NCBI GenBank assembly: GCA_048938105.1
Contig: JBHLMN010000007.1
Coordinates: 192,001 to 256,000, forward strand
Direction: 5' to 3'
DNA: 64,000 nucleotides
From: Promethearchaeota archaeon
GTDB taxonomy: Archaea > Asgardarchaeota > Heimdallarchaeia > Hodarchaeales > Hodarchaeaceae
The notes beneath the pieces are model-generated. The model did not search any database and was not told the DNA's origin. It saw only the letters and a program-made list of their open reading frames with translations. This document shows, piece by piece, positions 1 through 9,336 of the stretch. Within the stretch, counting starts at the first letter, position 1, and every line of letters starts with the position of its first letter. A program made the translations under genes and the position numbers.

Positions 1-345
1 CCAGACGGGCGAAAAGTAAAAGCTACTCTCCATTGGGTCTCAGCTGAACATGCAATTAAGGCAAAAGCACGTCTGTACGACAGACTTTTCATTAAAGAGA
101 ATCCTCTGGAAGATGCAGACTTTTCAAAAAGTTTAAATCCCAAATCATTAGAGAAGGTATCATGTTATGTGGAACCGAGTCTTCAGACCGCAAAACCAGG
201 GATGACGTATCAATTCGAACGTTTAGGATATTTTTGTGTCGATTCAGTGGATACAACACCCGAACAACTAGTTTTTAATCGCACGATAACTTTACGGGAT
301 CCTTGGGCCAAGATTAAGAGATCTCAAAAAGTAAAAACAACATGA
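1..345 (+). CDS. glnS: Glutaminyl-tRNA synthetase, C-terminal anticodon-binding part (5'-truncated by window)
   Basis: Not in the ORF track. Frame 1 reads PDGRKVKATLHWVSAEHA...RLYDRLF...NP...LNPKSL...VEPSL...YQFERLGYFCVD...LVFNRTITLRDPWAKI, matching the conserved GlnRS C-terminus (KVKGxxHWVS, RLYDRLF, QFERxGYF, FNRTVxLRDxW). TGA at 343-345. Confidence 0.93.
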   Translation, partial: PDGRKVKATLHWVSAEHAIKAKARLYDRLFIKENPLEDADFSKSLNPKSLEKVSCYVEPSLQTAKPGMTYQFERLGYFCVDSVDTTPEQLVFNRTITLRDPWAKIKRSQKVKTT

Positions 346-379
346 CACATTTCTTGACAAGAGAATAAAAAAGAAATGA

Positions 380-451
380 CAGCCCCGCCCAGAATCGAAC
401 TGGGGTTATCGGATTCAGAGTCCGAAGTGATAACCGCTACACCACGGGGCT
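380..451 (-). tRNA. tRNA-Gln(CTG)
   Basis: Minus strand AGCCCCGTGGTGTAGCGGTTATCACTTCGGACTCTGAATCCGATAACCCCAGTTCGATTCTGGGCGGGGCTG folds as a cloverleaf; anticodon arm TCGGA-CT-CTG-AA-TCCGA; CCA not encoded. Confidence 0.95.
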
Positions 452-502
452 TGTTTTGAATTTTTAAGTTTTTATATTTAAGTGAGAAAGAGAAGAAAGA
501 AG

Positions 503-609
503 CAGCCCCGCCCGGATTTGAACCGAGGTCGAGAGGGTCAAAGCCTCTTATGCTAGTCCACATTGCCTAATTGTGGATGATAACCACAATGTGTCTACAC
601 CACGGGGCT
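503..609 (-). tRNA. tRNA-Gln(TTG) with ~34-nt D-loop insertion (probable non-canonical intron, ~561-594)
   Basis: Acceptor stem AGCCCCG/CGGGGCT; anticodon arm AGAGG-CT-TTG-AC-CCTCT; T-loop GTTCAAAT; extra self-complementary sequence between G15 and the D-loop TGG. Confidence 0.88.
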
Positions 610-697
610 TAAGAATAGATATTCTCTCAGGTCTTTATCAAATTAATCTTCTTTTGAAAAATTTTATTGGATATTTTCTTTTATTAAAAACTAATAT

Positions 698-2182
698 CTA
701 TTTTGGAATTGAGAAATAAAATGTACTACCCTTCCCCTCTCCTTCTGATTTCACCCATATCATTCCCTGATGTAATTCTATAATTGACTTCGAAATATAT
801 AGACCTAATCCAAGACCTTGGCCATGAATCTTTGTATTTCCTTGTGGTTCAAACAGACTGAAAAGCTGATCAAATTTATCTGGATGTATCCCTATTCCTT
901 CATCTTTAACTGAGACAATATATTCATGTGGTTTGTTTCTTAACGTAACAATAATTTCTCCATCATTTGAAAATTTTACTGAATTTTCTATTAAATTTCG
1001 AAGTACCTGATCAATTCGATCCGCATCAACCATAACTTGGTCAGGTGCTTCATTACCCTCTTTCATAAATGTAATCTTTAAATTGTTCTTTTCTACATAT
1101 TTTGTTATATCATTTACAAAATTCTCTACTATTTCTTCCAAATTAGATTGCTTTTTATTGAGTTCGAATAAATTTCTTCTTATACGAGATAAATCAAAAC
1201 TTGCATCGAGGAGCTTTTCGATTCGATGATAATTTCTATTTATGGAGTCATATATTTTCTTCCGCTGTTGTTTAGTTAAATTTCGACCAGTTTCACCTTG
1301 TTGCAATAATTCTATATTTCCCCACATTATGGATAGTGGTGTACGTATTTCGTGAGAAACAAAATCAATAAATTGACTCTTTAGAACATCCAATTCTTTT
1401 AATTCCTCCATTTGTACTTCGATAATTTTCCATGCAATATCTCTTATATGTTCACGTGTTCTAAAGATAACTAAGATAGTAATGGTCAGGCCAACGGTAT
1501 AAGTAATACCTGCTATAATTAAGATCTCCACAGTCGACCCAGTGACCTTAATTAACTCACTAATCCCACCTAACAATCCTCCAAGTCCGAAGTATTTTAA
1601 ATACTGGCGTCTGATTAAAGTTGACATGGTTTTTGGAAAGAATATGTCAGTTAATGGCTTAGCAAAGAAAACTATGACTGTAAAGCCAATTAATAGTTCA
1701 GCTAACAGAAGAAAAGAAAAAAACCATATATCGGATAAAAATAACTGATATAGGGAGTCAAAAATCATACTTCCCATATCAAACATTAAATATCTTACTA
1801 TGGTAAAAAAGCCGAAAAATAAACAAACTCCTATAATTACTTTTGTTGTTAAGGTATGATAAGGATAATTAGTATCAACGACAACAAAAATACACAGAAA
1901 AACCAGGAATGTGCTAATTGAAGCAATTGTTAATATACTAACAATTGAGTTCAACACCTCAACACCCTCCTGATTTAGAAAAGAAATATAAAGAAAATAA
2001 GAAAAAGAATAACCAGTTATACCTCCATACATGCCTAATAGTGCTTTATTTTTCTGTGTACGAAGATCTTTACTATCAATGAGATAGAATAAGACGATAG
2101 AGAAGAATAATAAAGGAAGAATTGTATTCAATGCATAAATAAGCTCTAAAAATAGATTTGTGAACACCATAGAATTATCCAC
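698..2182 (-). CDS. Membrane sensor histidine kinase (multi-TM N-terminus, HisKA + HATPase_c)
   Basis: H-box FVSHEIRTPL, N-box NLIENSVKF, G1 DEGIGI, G2 GLGLGLYI; about 7 hydrophobic segments at the N-terminus. Confidence 0.9.
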   Translation of the reverse strand: MDNSMVFTNLFLELIYALNTILPLLFFSIVLFYLIDSKDLRTQKNKALLGMYGGITGYSFSYFLYISFLNQEGVEVLNSIVSILTIASISTFLVFLCIFVVVDTNYPYHTLTTKVIIGVCLFFGFFTIVRYLMFDMGSMIFDSLYQLFLSDIWFFSFLLLAELLIGFTVIVFFAKPLTDIFFPKTMSTLIRRQYLKYFGLGGLLGGISELIKVTGSTVEILIIAGITYTVGLTITILVIFRTREHIRDIAWKIIEVQMEELKELDVLKSQFIDFVSHEIRTPLSIMWGNIELLQQGETGRNLTKQQRKKIYDSINRNYHRIEKLLDASFDLSRIRRNLFELNKKQSNLEEIVENFVNDITKYVEKNNLKITFMKEGNEAPDQVMVDADRIDQVLRNLIENSVKFSNDGEIIVTLRNKPHEYIVSVKDEGIGIHPDKFDQLFSLFEPQGNTKIHGQGLGLGLYISKSIIELHQGMIWVKSEGEGKGSTFYFSIPK

Positions 2183-2412
2183 ATCTTTTTAAGCAATTAT
2201 AATTACAATTCTTTTTCAATTAGTGTAGAATCCATTTGATTTTCAATATCCTCTGTTATCTATCTCATTGATAGTTTATTAAACTACCTAAACATTACTA
2301 GAGAATCTATCTTGATGAAAAGATTGCATAATCTGACTAGTACCCAAAAATGGCATCATAAAAACTAAGACATTAACTGAAGGTCAAACTTTCAATAGAA
2401 AGCTTCTTTGAT

Positions 2413-3636
2413 TTATGCTCCAAATTTATGAACTCTTCCAGCAATACCTAGCATTAGAGGAATTATTTGTTGGCCTATTAAATGACCTAATCCTCCTCTC
2501 ATGGTTGGCCGCTCACCGAATTCAGTTACTTGATCCGAACGAACACCCTCACCAGCTATTAGAACTGGTACTGGATCAGATGAATGGTCTCGCATTACAC
2601 AAGGAGTGCTATGATCACCTGTGATGCAAATGATCGTATCTGACAGTATCTCAAAAAAACGTTCAATTGCAATGTCTATCTCATCAATGAATTCCATTTT
2701 TTGAATGGGTTTGTTGTCATGGCCGAAATTATCTGTCCCCTTTACATGTAAAACCACAAATTGAGCTCTTTTAAACGAGTCCATGACTGCATTAACTTTA
2801 GAATTAAGGTCGGTTGGAACTCCTCCCGTACCTCTATGATCATTATTAATTCTCATACCACAAATAGAGGCAACTCCTTTATACAATCCACCACCAGCAA
2901 CACATTCAGAACTAAGACCAAATTTAGTTTGAAAGCTTTCTAAGTGAGGGGCTATACCTGCGCCTCTGACTAATAAATAGTTTGCAGGCAGCTTATTTTT
3001 ACTGATTCTCTTTTTATTTATCTCGAGAGATTCCATTATCTCCGAAGCTTCTTGAATAAACCGTTTTAATATCCGAGCTGTTTTCTCTGCTTCAGAACTC
3101 GTGGGAATAATGGGTTTTGGTTTTTTATTTTCAATTTTCGGATCATTACCAGTCACATGATGCGAAAGGCCAGGACCTCTTAAAACTAGAGCCGCACGAT
3201 GGTCTATTCCAACTTTAAATATTGTTTCTATATCATCTATTGTTATATTCTGAAGTGCTTGTTCAATTTCTTGGGTACCCTCAGAAATTCGACCAGCACG
3301 ACGATCAAGTATTATTCCATCCTCAATTGTAGCCATATTTGTTCGAAAAGCGATATCGCCTGGTCTCACTGGTACATCAGTTCCAGCAGCTTCAAAGGGC
3401 CCTCTTCCAGTATATACTTCATAAGGATCGTACCCGAAGAGTGCAAGGTGAGCAGTATCACTGCCCGGAGTGATACCTCTACCAATCGTATGTAAATGAC
3501 CAGTTATACCCATCTGGGCCAACCTGTCCATTGTGGGTGTTTTAGCGGCCTCCAAAGGTGTTTTATTACCTAATTCTGGTATTGGGCGATCGCCCACGCC
3601 ATCCATAATGAATAAGAGAAGTTTTCTTTCCTGCAT
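2413..3636 (-). CDS. apgM: 2,3-bisphosphoglycerate-independent phosphoglycerate mutase (archaeal type)
   Basis: DGVGDRP...[48 protein letters not shown]...HSSDPVP; start placed at MQERK. Confidence 0.93.
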   Translation of the reverse strand: MQERKLLLFIMDGVGDRPIPELGNKTPLEAAKTPTMDRLAQMGITGHLHTIGRGITPGSDTAHLALFGYDPYEVYTGRGPFEAAGTDVPVRPGDIAFRTNMATIEDGIILDRRAGRISEGTQEIEQALQNITIDDIETIFKVGIDHRAALVLRGPGLSHHVTGNDPKIENKKPKPIIPTSSEAEKTARILKRFIQEASEIMESLEINKKRISKNKLPANYLLVRGAGIAPHLESFQTKFGLSSECVAGGGLYKGVASICGMRINNDHRGTGGVPTDLNSKVNAVMDSFKRAQFVVLHVKGTDNFGHDNKPIQKMEFIDEIDIAIERFFEILSDTIICITGDHSTPCVMRDHSSDPVPVLIAGEGVRSDQVTEFGERPTMRGGLGHLIGQQIIPLMLGIAGRVHKFGA

Positions 3637-3682
3637 ATCAATAATTCCTTTATTATAAATTCTGTAGAACCAAAGTCTAGTT

Positions 3683-4831
3683 TTAAGAAACAGGTTTCCA
3701 GAGGATCCCAAGTTTATCTGCTTTATTTCGAGCCAATGTCAATTCTTCATATGTAATGCCTCGGTTGATGTCTTTATACTTATCAGGATTCTTGCGAACC
3801 TTATGCATCGGCCTGTACTGACCCATGACATTAACCAAGGCCTTGGGAACATTGTTATTACACCATTCAAGGATAGGGTAGCTATCTGCTTCTATCCGAC
3901 CAGGCATTACTAGATGCCGAACTATCATTTCCCCAGAACCTTTATCATGAGCCATTTTTATGTTGCGAGTGATTACTGCCCAATAATTCGGGATTTTCGA
4001 CATTCGTTTGGCAAAATCATCATTGGCGTATTTTAGATCCGGTAACCAGAAATCCATAACTTCCAATAATAATTTCATTCCCTCAATACTTAGATACATA
4101 TTTGAATTCCAGAGCTGACAAATATTTGTTTCGAAGTATTGAAGAACATGGAGAATTACATGAAGGTTGGAGGTGGGATCTCCACCAACCCAATTTATAT
4201 TTCGAGCACCTTCCCTTGATAATGCTCCAGCAATAAGAGCAATTTGTTGAGGGGTTCGTTTGACACCATCACGAATTTCCCCACTTTCACGATCCCTCCA
4301 TTCTTGACTTATAGAATGATTTTGGCAGAAGACACATTTAAAGGTGCATCCTGAAAAAAAGATCGTCCCAGAGGGCACAAGCACAGTTTCCTCTCCCGTA
4401 TGTAAAAAAGCAGAACTGATAATTGCTTCTTTACCAACTTTACAAACACCAAGTTCTCCTGCTTCTCGATTTTTTTGACATCGTCGTTCACAAAAACAAC
4501 ATTCCTTAAGCATTTCATCAGCAATTTTAGTCTTTAAATCAAGAAAAGATGGGTTCACTGACTCTGGGACAACGCTCGAATTAGCTCCTTCATCGTATTC
4601 ACTTAGGAAGATATTGAATTCTGATGCTAATCTATCATGTTCACGCCAAAGCACTGGTAAATCAGTTTCTAAATCAATATCTATTGGTAATGCCTTTGTT
4701 AAGAGGTAACGTGCAATTTTCTCTTCATGAATTAGCTGATAATAGCGGTTAAGTCTATTGACAACTTCGGGGTTTTTCCAAACAGAGACTCTGTCAGGTC
4801 GTATTCGCCACATCTTTCTCAGAATATTCAA
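3683..4831 (-). CDS. Radical SAM protein, PflX/pyruvate-formate-lyase-activating-enzyme-like
   Basis: CTFKCVFCQN (CxxxCxxC), upstream CCFCERRC...C, HTGEE..LVPSGTIFFSGC, IVRHLVMPG, MGQYRP. Confidence 0.85.
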   Translation of the reverse strand: MNILRKMWRIRPDRVSVWKNPEVVNRLNRYYQLIHEEKIARYLLTKALPIDIDLETDLPVLWREHDRLASEFNIFLSEYDEGANSSVVPESVNPSFLDLKTKIADEMLKECCFCERRCQKNREAGELGVCKVGKEAIISSAFLHTGEETVLVPSGTIFFSGCTFKCVFCQNHSISQEWRDRESGEIRDGVKRTPQQIALIAGALSREGARNINWVGGDPTSNLHVILHVLQYFETNICQLWNSNMYLSIEGMKLLLEVMDFWLPDLKYANDDFAKRMSKIPNYWAVITRNIKMAHDKGSGEMIVRHLVMPGRIEADSYPILEWCNNNVPKALVNVMGQYRPMHKVRKNPDKYKDINRGITYEELTLARNKADKLGILWKPVS

Positions 4832-4930
4832 ATCCTACAAGTTAATAAATGTCTTGGAAGATCTTACGAAGATAAAAACGAACTTAAGTATTATTTCAAT
4901 AATTTGAATTCAAGATTATAAAAAAAACTG

Positions 4931-6145
4931 GTGATTGATTTGATCAAATTAACTCTAGATGATATTGTTGAAGCCCAGAAAACACTTGAAGGAAAAGTAA
5001 AACGAACTCCACTTAATCCGTCCACCACATTCTCTAAAATGACTGGTTGTGAGGTTTATATCAAGCATGAAAATTTACAAAAGGCAGGATCGTTTAAAGT
5101 CCGGGGAGCTTATAACAAGATCGCTAACTTAGAAAGAGACGAGAGAAAGAGAGGTATCGTTGCAGTTAGCACAGGTAATCATGCACAGGGCGTAGCGCTG
5201 GCAGCAACAATATTTGGAACTCCCTCGACCATCGTTATGCCCAAGGGGGCCCCAATTTCAAAAGTTGAGGCGACAAAGGGATATGGGGGGCAAGTTATTC
5301 TATGGGGTGATAGTTTTGAAGAAGCCTTCACAAAAGCAAAGGAAATCAAAGAGAAAGATAATTTAACATTAATTCATGCATTTGACGATGTAGATGTAGC
5401 TGCAGGTCAGGGAACCATTGGTTTGGAAATATTAGAAGATCTTCCCGAGGTAGATTTAGTAGTATGCCCAATTGGAGGAGGGGGGTTAATCTCAGGTATT
5501 TCTACAGCTATCAAAGCAAAAAAACCAGAGTGTCGTATTATTGGGGTTCAAGCCAAGAAAATGGATGCAGCTTATCGATCCTTCCAAAAAGGAACTTTAA
5601 TTCATACCGAGAAAGGTAATACAATTGCAGATGGAATTGCCATTAAAAGTCCTAGTAAGTTCACTTTCTCGATAATAAAATCACTATTAGATGGAATTGT
5701 CATAGTTGAAGAAGAGGAAATAGCTCAAGCAATGCTTCTCCTTCTAGAACGGTGTAAATCAGTAGTAGAAGGAGCGGGAGCAGTAGCTTTAGCAGCCTTA
5801 TTATACCAAAATATTGCTAAAAAGGGAGAAAAAGTTGTGTTAGTTGTTAGTGGAGGGAATGTAGATACAACTATCTTAAGTAAACTTATTACTCAAGGAT
5901 TAATAAAATCGGGCCGCTATAGAGAACTGAGAGTGTTAATGGAAGATAAGCCAGGTAAACTTGAAACCCTGTTAGAGATTATTTCAGACTTAGAAGCAAA
6001 TATTATTGATATAAATGTAGATCGTTTTTCTCCTGATTTACCTTTTAATCACGTAATAGTACAATTGGCAGTAGAAACAAAAAATCTTGATCATTCTGTA
6101 GCTTTGTTAAAAGGAATCAAAAAACAATTTCAAATCCAGAGTTAA
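4931..6145 (+). CDS. ilvA: Threonine/serine ammonia-lyase with C-terminal ACT domain
   Basis: PLP motif KHENLQKAGSFKVRGA, STGNHAQGVA, PIGGGGLISG, SGGNVD; ACT-like DKPGKL. Confidence 0.9.
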   Translation: MIDLIKLTLDDIVEAQKTLEGKVKRTPLNPSTTFSKMTGCEVYIKHENLQKAGSFKVRGAYNKIANLERDERKRGIVAVSTGNHAQGVALAATIFGTPSTIVMPKGAPISKVEATKGYGGQVILWGDSFEEAFTKAKEIKEKDNLTLIHAFDDVDVAAGQGTIGLEILEDLPEVDLVVCPIGGGGLISGISTAIKAKKPECRIIGVQAKKMDAAYRSFQKGTLIHTEKGNTIADGIAIKSPSKFTFSIIKSLLDGIVIVEEEEIAQAMLLLLERCKSVVEGAGAVALAALLYQNIAKKGEKVVLVVSGGNVDTTILSKLITQGLIKSGRYRELRVLMEDKPGKLETLLEIISDLEANIIDINVDRFSPDLPFNHVIVQLAVETKNLDHSVALLKGIKKQFQIQS

Positions 6146-6201
6146 CAATATAACCTGAAAAAGTTAAAGAAAACAACTTACCTTAAAGGAAAAAATAGTT
6201 T

Positions 6202-8100
6202 TTAAAGGAAAGCAATCAGAACTAATGGTATTAGAACAATACTTGCGCCTACACTCAATCCTGTAACGATGGTAATACCTACATCCTTAACCTTTTCTTT
6301 CCCAAATCGCTTATTGGTAAATATTCTTACTATTCCACCTATCGAGAGCGAAATTCCCATGTGTGGAGGGAAAAAGAAACCAAAGAGAAGACCAATACCA
6401 ATATTTGGCCCGATCAATGACCCGAGAAATCCCCCAATAATCATTTCCACGAAATTAAGTACTGCTTCAATGTTTCGGGCAGCAAACGCCGTGATAATTG
6501 CAGCATTAAAAGGAAAAGCAGGAGCAGGAAAATCAGGTGTCCCAATACCGAGACTGAACCACAATAAGAGAGCGAAGAAGGGAGTAGTAATCACAGCACT
6601 TAAGTAACCCACAATGAATGAAACGAACATTGCTTTATTATCAGTATTAGTCATCAGAGCTAATTTCGAATAATTAACAATTTGAATACCCTCACGTATT
6701 TCTGCTACTGGCATTGCTAAGTATGGAACATAGGTCTTTCCTGATGTCCCCAAATATGTTGGGAGTAAATCAAAGATAAAAGGGGGGGAAAAAATAGTAG
6801 AACTCTTTGCTGAAGTTGAAACAGCTAAATAAATCAAAAATATTGTGCCTAATCCCATTATCCAAAAAACAATTATGAATGTGAGGATAAAATTGTCTCC
6901 TAATAATTTAAGATAATAAACAAATCCAACACACAGGAAAAATAGCACTGAATATAAAAAAATGAAATTCCAAGCTTTTCTTGTTCGTAAAGTTGCTGTT
7001 ATCTGTTTTTTAAGCGAAACCTTTTCTTCTGTTAGATTCTGTTGGGATTCTTCATTATTAACACTTGACTCGGAGGGATTTTGTTCCTTATTGTTTGAAT
7101 TATTTTGCTTGAAGTTGATTCCAAAACGCTTTAATATTGATTTTCCAACTTTATGTACTATTCCTCCTATTAGAATAGCTCCAAGGATAAATCCAATGAC
7201 AAAAGACAGATAGATATCTTGAAATCCATTCACAAAGAAGGAATAGAAATCTGTTTTTTCCGAAATATCAGCTAAGAAAATTGGACCAAATATAGGACCA
7301 TAGAATAAGATTGAACCAATCGCTGCGGACAAAGAAATTATTGGACGATCAATCAAAAAACCAGCTGAAAATAAACTAATCCCTACAATACCTAATGAGA
7401 TCCCAAAAATCCAACCATTTTCAGGTTGAGAAACATCTAAATAACTAAATCCAGCAAAAGTCGTTATAGCACTAAATAGAAAACCAATTAATCCAGCTTT
7501 CAAGAAGATAGGTAATTTTTCGGCTTTTTCAGTCATCACATTAATTGTTTCAGCCTGTTGGATCTGACTAGGAAAGGGAAATTCGTCATCATCGTGAATA
7601 AAATTATTTCTTATCTTTAAGGCAAACAAAATACCCATAATACCAGGTATGAGCATTAAAAACCAATGAACCATTAAAGGAGTCAACCATGCAGGATTTA
7701 GAATGTCACGACTGTTAATTATTTCTTGTGAAGGGAGTAACCAAGAAGGAACATCAAATCCAATTGATGCGTCGTGATTTTGGGCAAACCAGATCAGAAA
7801 TAATAGCGCGGTACTGGCCTCTGCGGCAATTGAGGCGCCAAAAGAAACTAATACTAGCGTCAAGTTTGATTTGTTATCTAAACCCTTCTGGTTTAAGATA
7901 ATTTTCCCCAGTAATAAGGCAAATATTGCCCCTATTCCAATAGAGACAAATCCCATGGTGATTGACAAATAGAGATTGATGAAATTAAAGAATAACCCAA
8001 TTGGTATACTTATTAATAATACCCAGGTGAGATTGTGGTTCTTTGACTCAAATTGTTCCATCATTTCGGAATTCTGCATGGTTTTCTCCATATAAAACAC
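6202..8100 (-). CDS. OPT/YSL-family oligopeptide transporter-like membrane protein
   Basis: Many TM segments; NLYLSITMGF, FPFPS, LGIGTPDFPAPA motifs resemble the OPT family. Confidence 0.7.
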   Translation of the reverse strand: MFYMEKTMQNSEMMEQFESKNHNLTWVLLISIPIGLFFNFINLYLSITMGFVSIGIGAIFALLLGKIILNQKGLDNKSNLTLVLVSFGASIAAEASTALLFLIWFAQNHDASIGFDVPSWLLPSQEIINSRDILNPAWLTPLMVHWFLMLIPGIMGILFALKIRNNFIHDDDEFPFPSQIQQAETINVMTEKAEKLPIFLKAGLIGFLFSAITTFAGFSYLDVSQPENGWIFGISLGIVGISLFSAGFLIDRPIISLSAAIGSILFYGPIFGPIFLADISEKTDFYSFFVNGFQDIYLSFVIGFILGAILIGGIVHKVGKSILKRFGINFKQNNSNNKEQNPSESSVNNEESQQNLTEEKVSLKKQITATLRTRKAWNFIFLYSVLFFLCVGFVYYLKLLGDNFILTFIIVFWIMGLGTIFLIYLAVSTSAKSSTIFSPPFIFDLLPTYLGTSGKTYVPYLAMPVAEIREGIQIVNYSKLALMTNTDNKAMFVSFIVGYLSAVITTPFFALLLWFSLGIGTPDFPAPAFPFNAAIITAFAARNIEAVLNFVEMIIGGFLGSLIGPNIGIGLLFGFFFPPHMGISLSIGGIVRIFTNKRFGKEKVKDVGITIVTGLSVGASIVLIPLVLIAFL

Positions 8101-8328
8101 TCCATTTAGCCATTACTCTTTAAAAATGAACCTATCTTACAAAAATAAGTATTAAATCAGAATTTTTATAATACAATAATTGTGTATAAAACTTACATTG
8201 GATTATATAAAAGAGGGGAAATCGGCAAAAAATGTTCTAGCTATCTAACCCACGTGAACAATATCTTCATCGATAGTTTGGATCAACCATTTGTTTTCCA
8301 TTTGTATAGTGGAGAATGAGTTTACATC

Positions 8329-8949
8329 CTAACAACATCTACATACTAACATCCACATAGTATGATATTCTGTATCAGCTGGATAATTCTTCTGATAGTA
8401 TTCTTGCAAGTCTATTACTTTTAGAAAACTAAATTCTTTCATGATTTCAGCTTTACTAGCAAAGTGAAGATAAGTTATACCATTAAAAGAATTGGGATCG
8501 TTGGGGACTGGCATTCCTACTCCATAATATTGTTTATCATTGCTGGAAAGAGTACTAAGGAAAAACCACCCTTGTAATTTAAGGAGTCTCTTAACTTTTT
8601 CTCTAAAGAGTTCTCGTTCGGTTTTATTGAAAAAATGATAAACATTCGAGATAAGAATGACATCGAATTGCTCATTTTCACTTAATTCTTTGAAACCAAT
8701 AGACTGTAATTCAATATCATTTTCTCCTGATAGAGTTACTCGTGCTTTCTGAATTTTCTCTTGAGAAGGATCAATGGCAACTATTCGCCTATTTCTCAAA
8801 TTTTGAGCTAAATAAAGAACATCACGTCCATCTCCACACCCAATATCTAAAATATTAATTTTCTCATTATCAACAATGTTTTGCAGGTTTTCTATTACAG
8901 TTAAAGCCATTTTACTTGGAAAATGTGAAGAATCAAAGATCTTAATCAT
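8329..8949 (-). CDS. Class I SAM-dependent methyltransferase
   Basis: ILDIGCGDGRD motif I; FDVILISNVYHF. Confidence 0.85.
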   Translation of the reverse strand: MIKIFDSSHFPSKMALTVIENLQNIVDNEKINILDIGCGDGRDVLYLAQNLRNRRIVAIDPSQEKIQKARVTLSGENDIELQSIGFKELSENEQFDVILISNVYHFFNKTERELFREKVKRLLKLQGWFFLSTLSSNDKQYYGVGMPVPNDPNSFNGITYLHFASKAEIMKEFSFLKVIDLQEYYQKNYPADTEYHTMWMLVCRCC

Positions 8950-9336
8950 TTAATCCCCTTCATCAAGTATTTAGTCCGAATTAACATCGATGATACGAAC
9001 TCAGGCCCGATCTTTTCTTGTGAAAAAAAAATTATAAAGAGATTACAGTAATGAACCACCCCCAGTATCTTTATCTAAGGCTCTTGTAATACTCAGATAC
9101 CAGAATAAGTCCTTTTTTTTCCTTTTCTTCCATTTCTTATCCTTCTTCTTAGTTCTTAATTCTTCTTCATCATATTTATCAAATTGATAACCCAACTCTC
9201 TAAACTTCCCAAGTATTTAATAGTAACAGATTCTAATAAAGTTTCTGAAATCAGAATATTTCCCCCTTCATCAAATAATAAGTCATTAGAAGGAGATAGT
9301 GGGGAGTATATTACTCCCATTTTGCGTTATCATCCG

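Noticed and set aside
324-563. 79-aa minus-strand ORF in the track
   Set aside because: It overlaps both tRNA-Gln genes; spurious.
9043-9216. Lys-rich minus-strand open stretch (GKFRELGYQFDKYDEEELRTKKKDKKWKKRKKK...)
   Set aside because: No convincing start or SD; low-complexity purine tract, at best a gene remnant.
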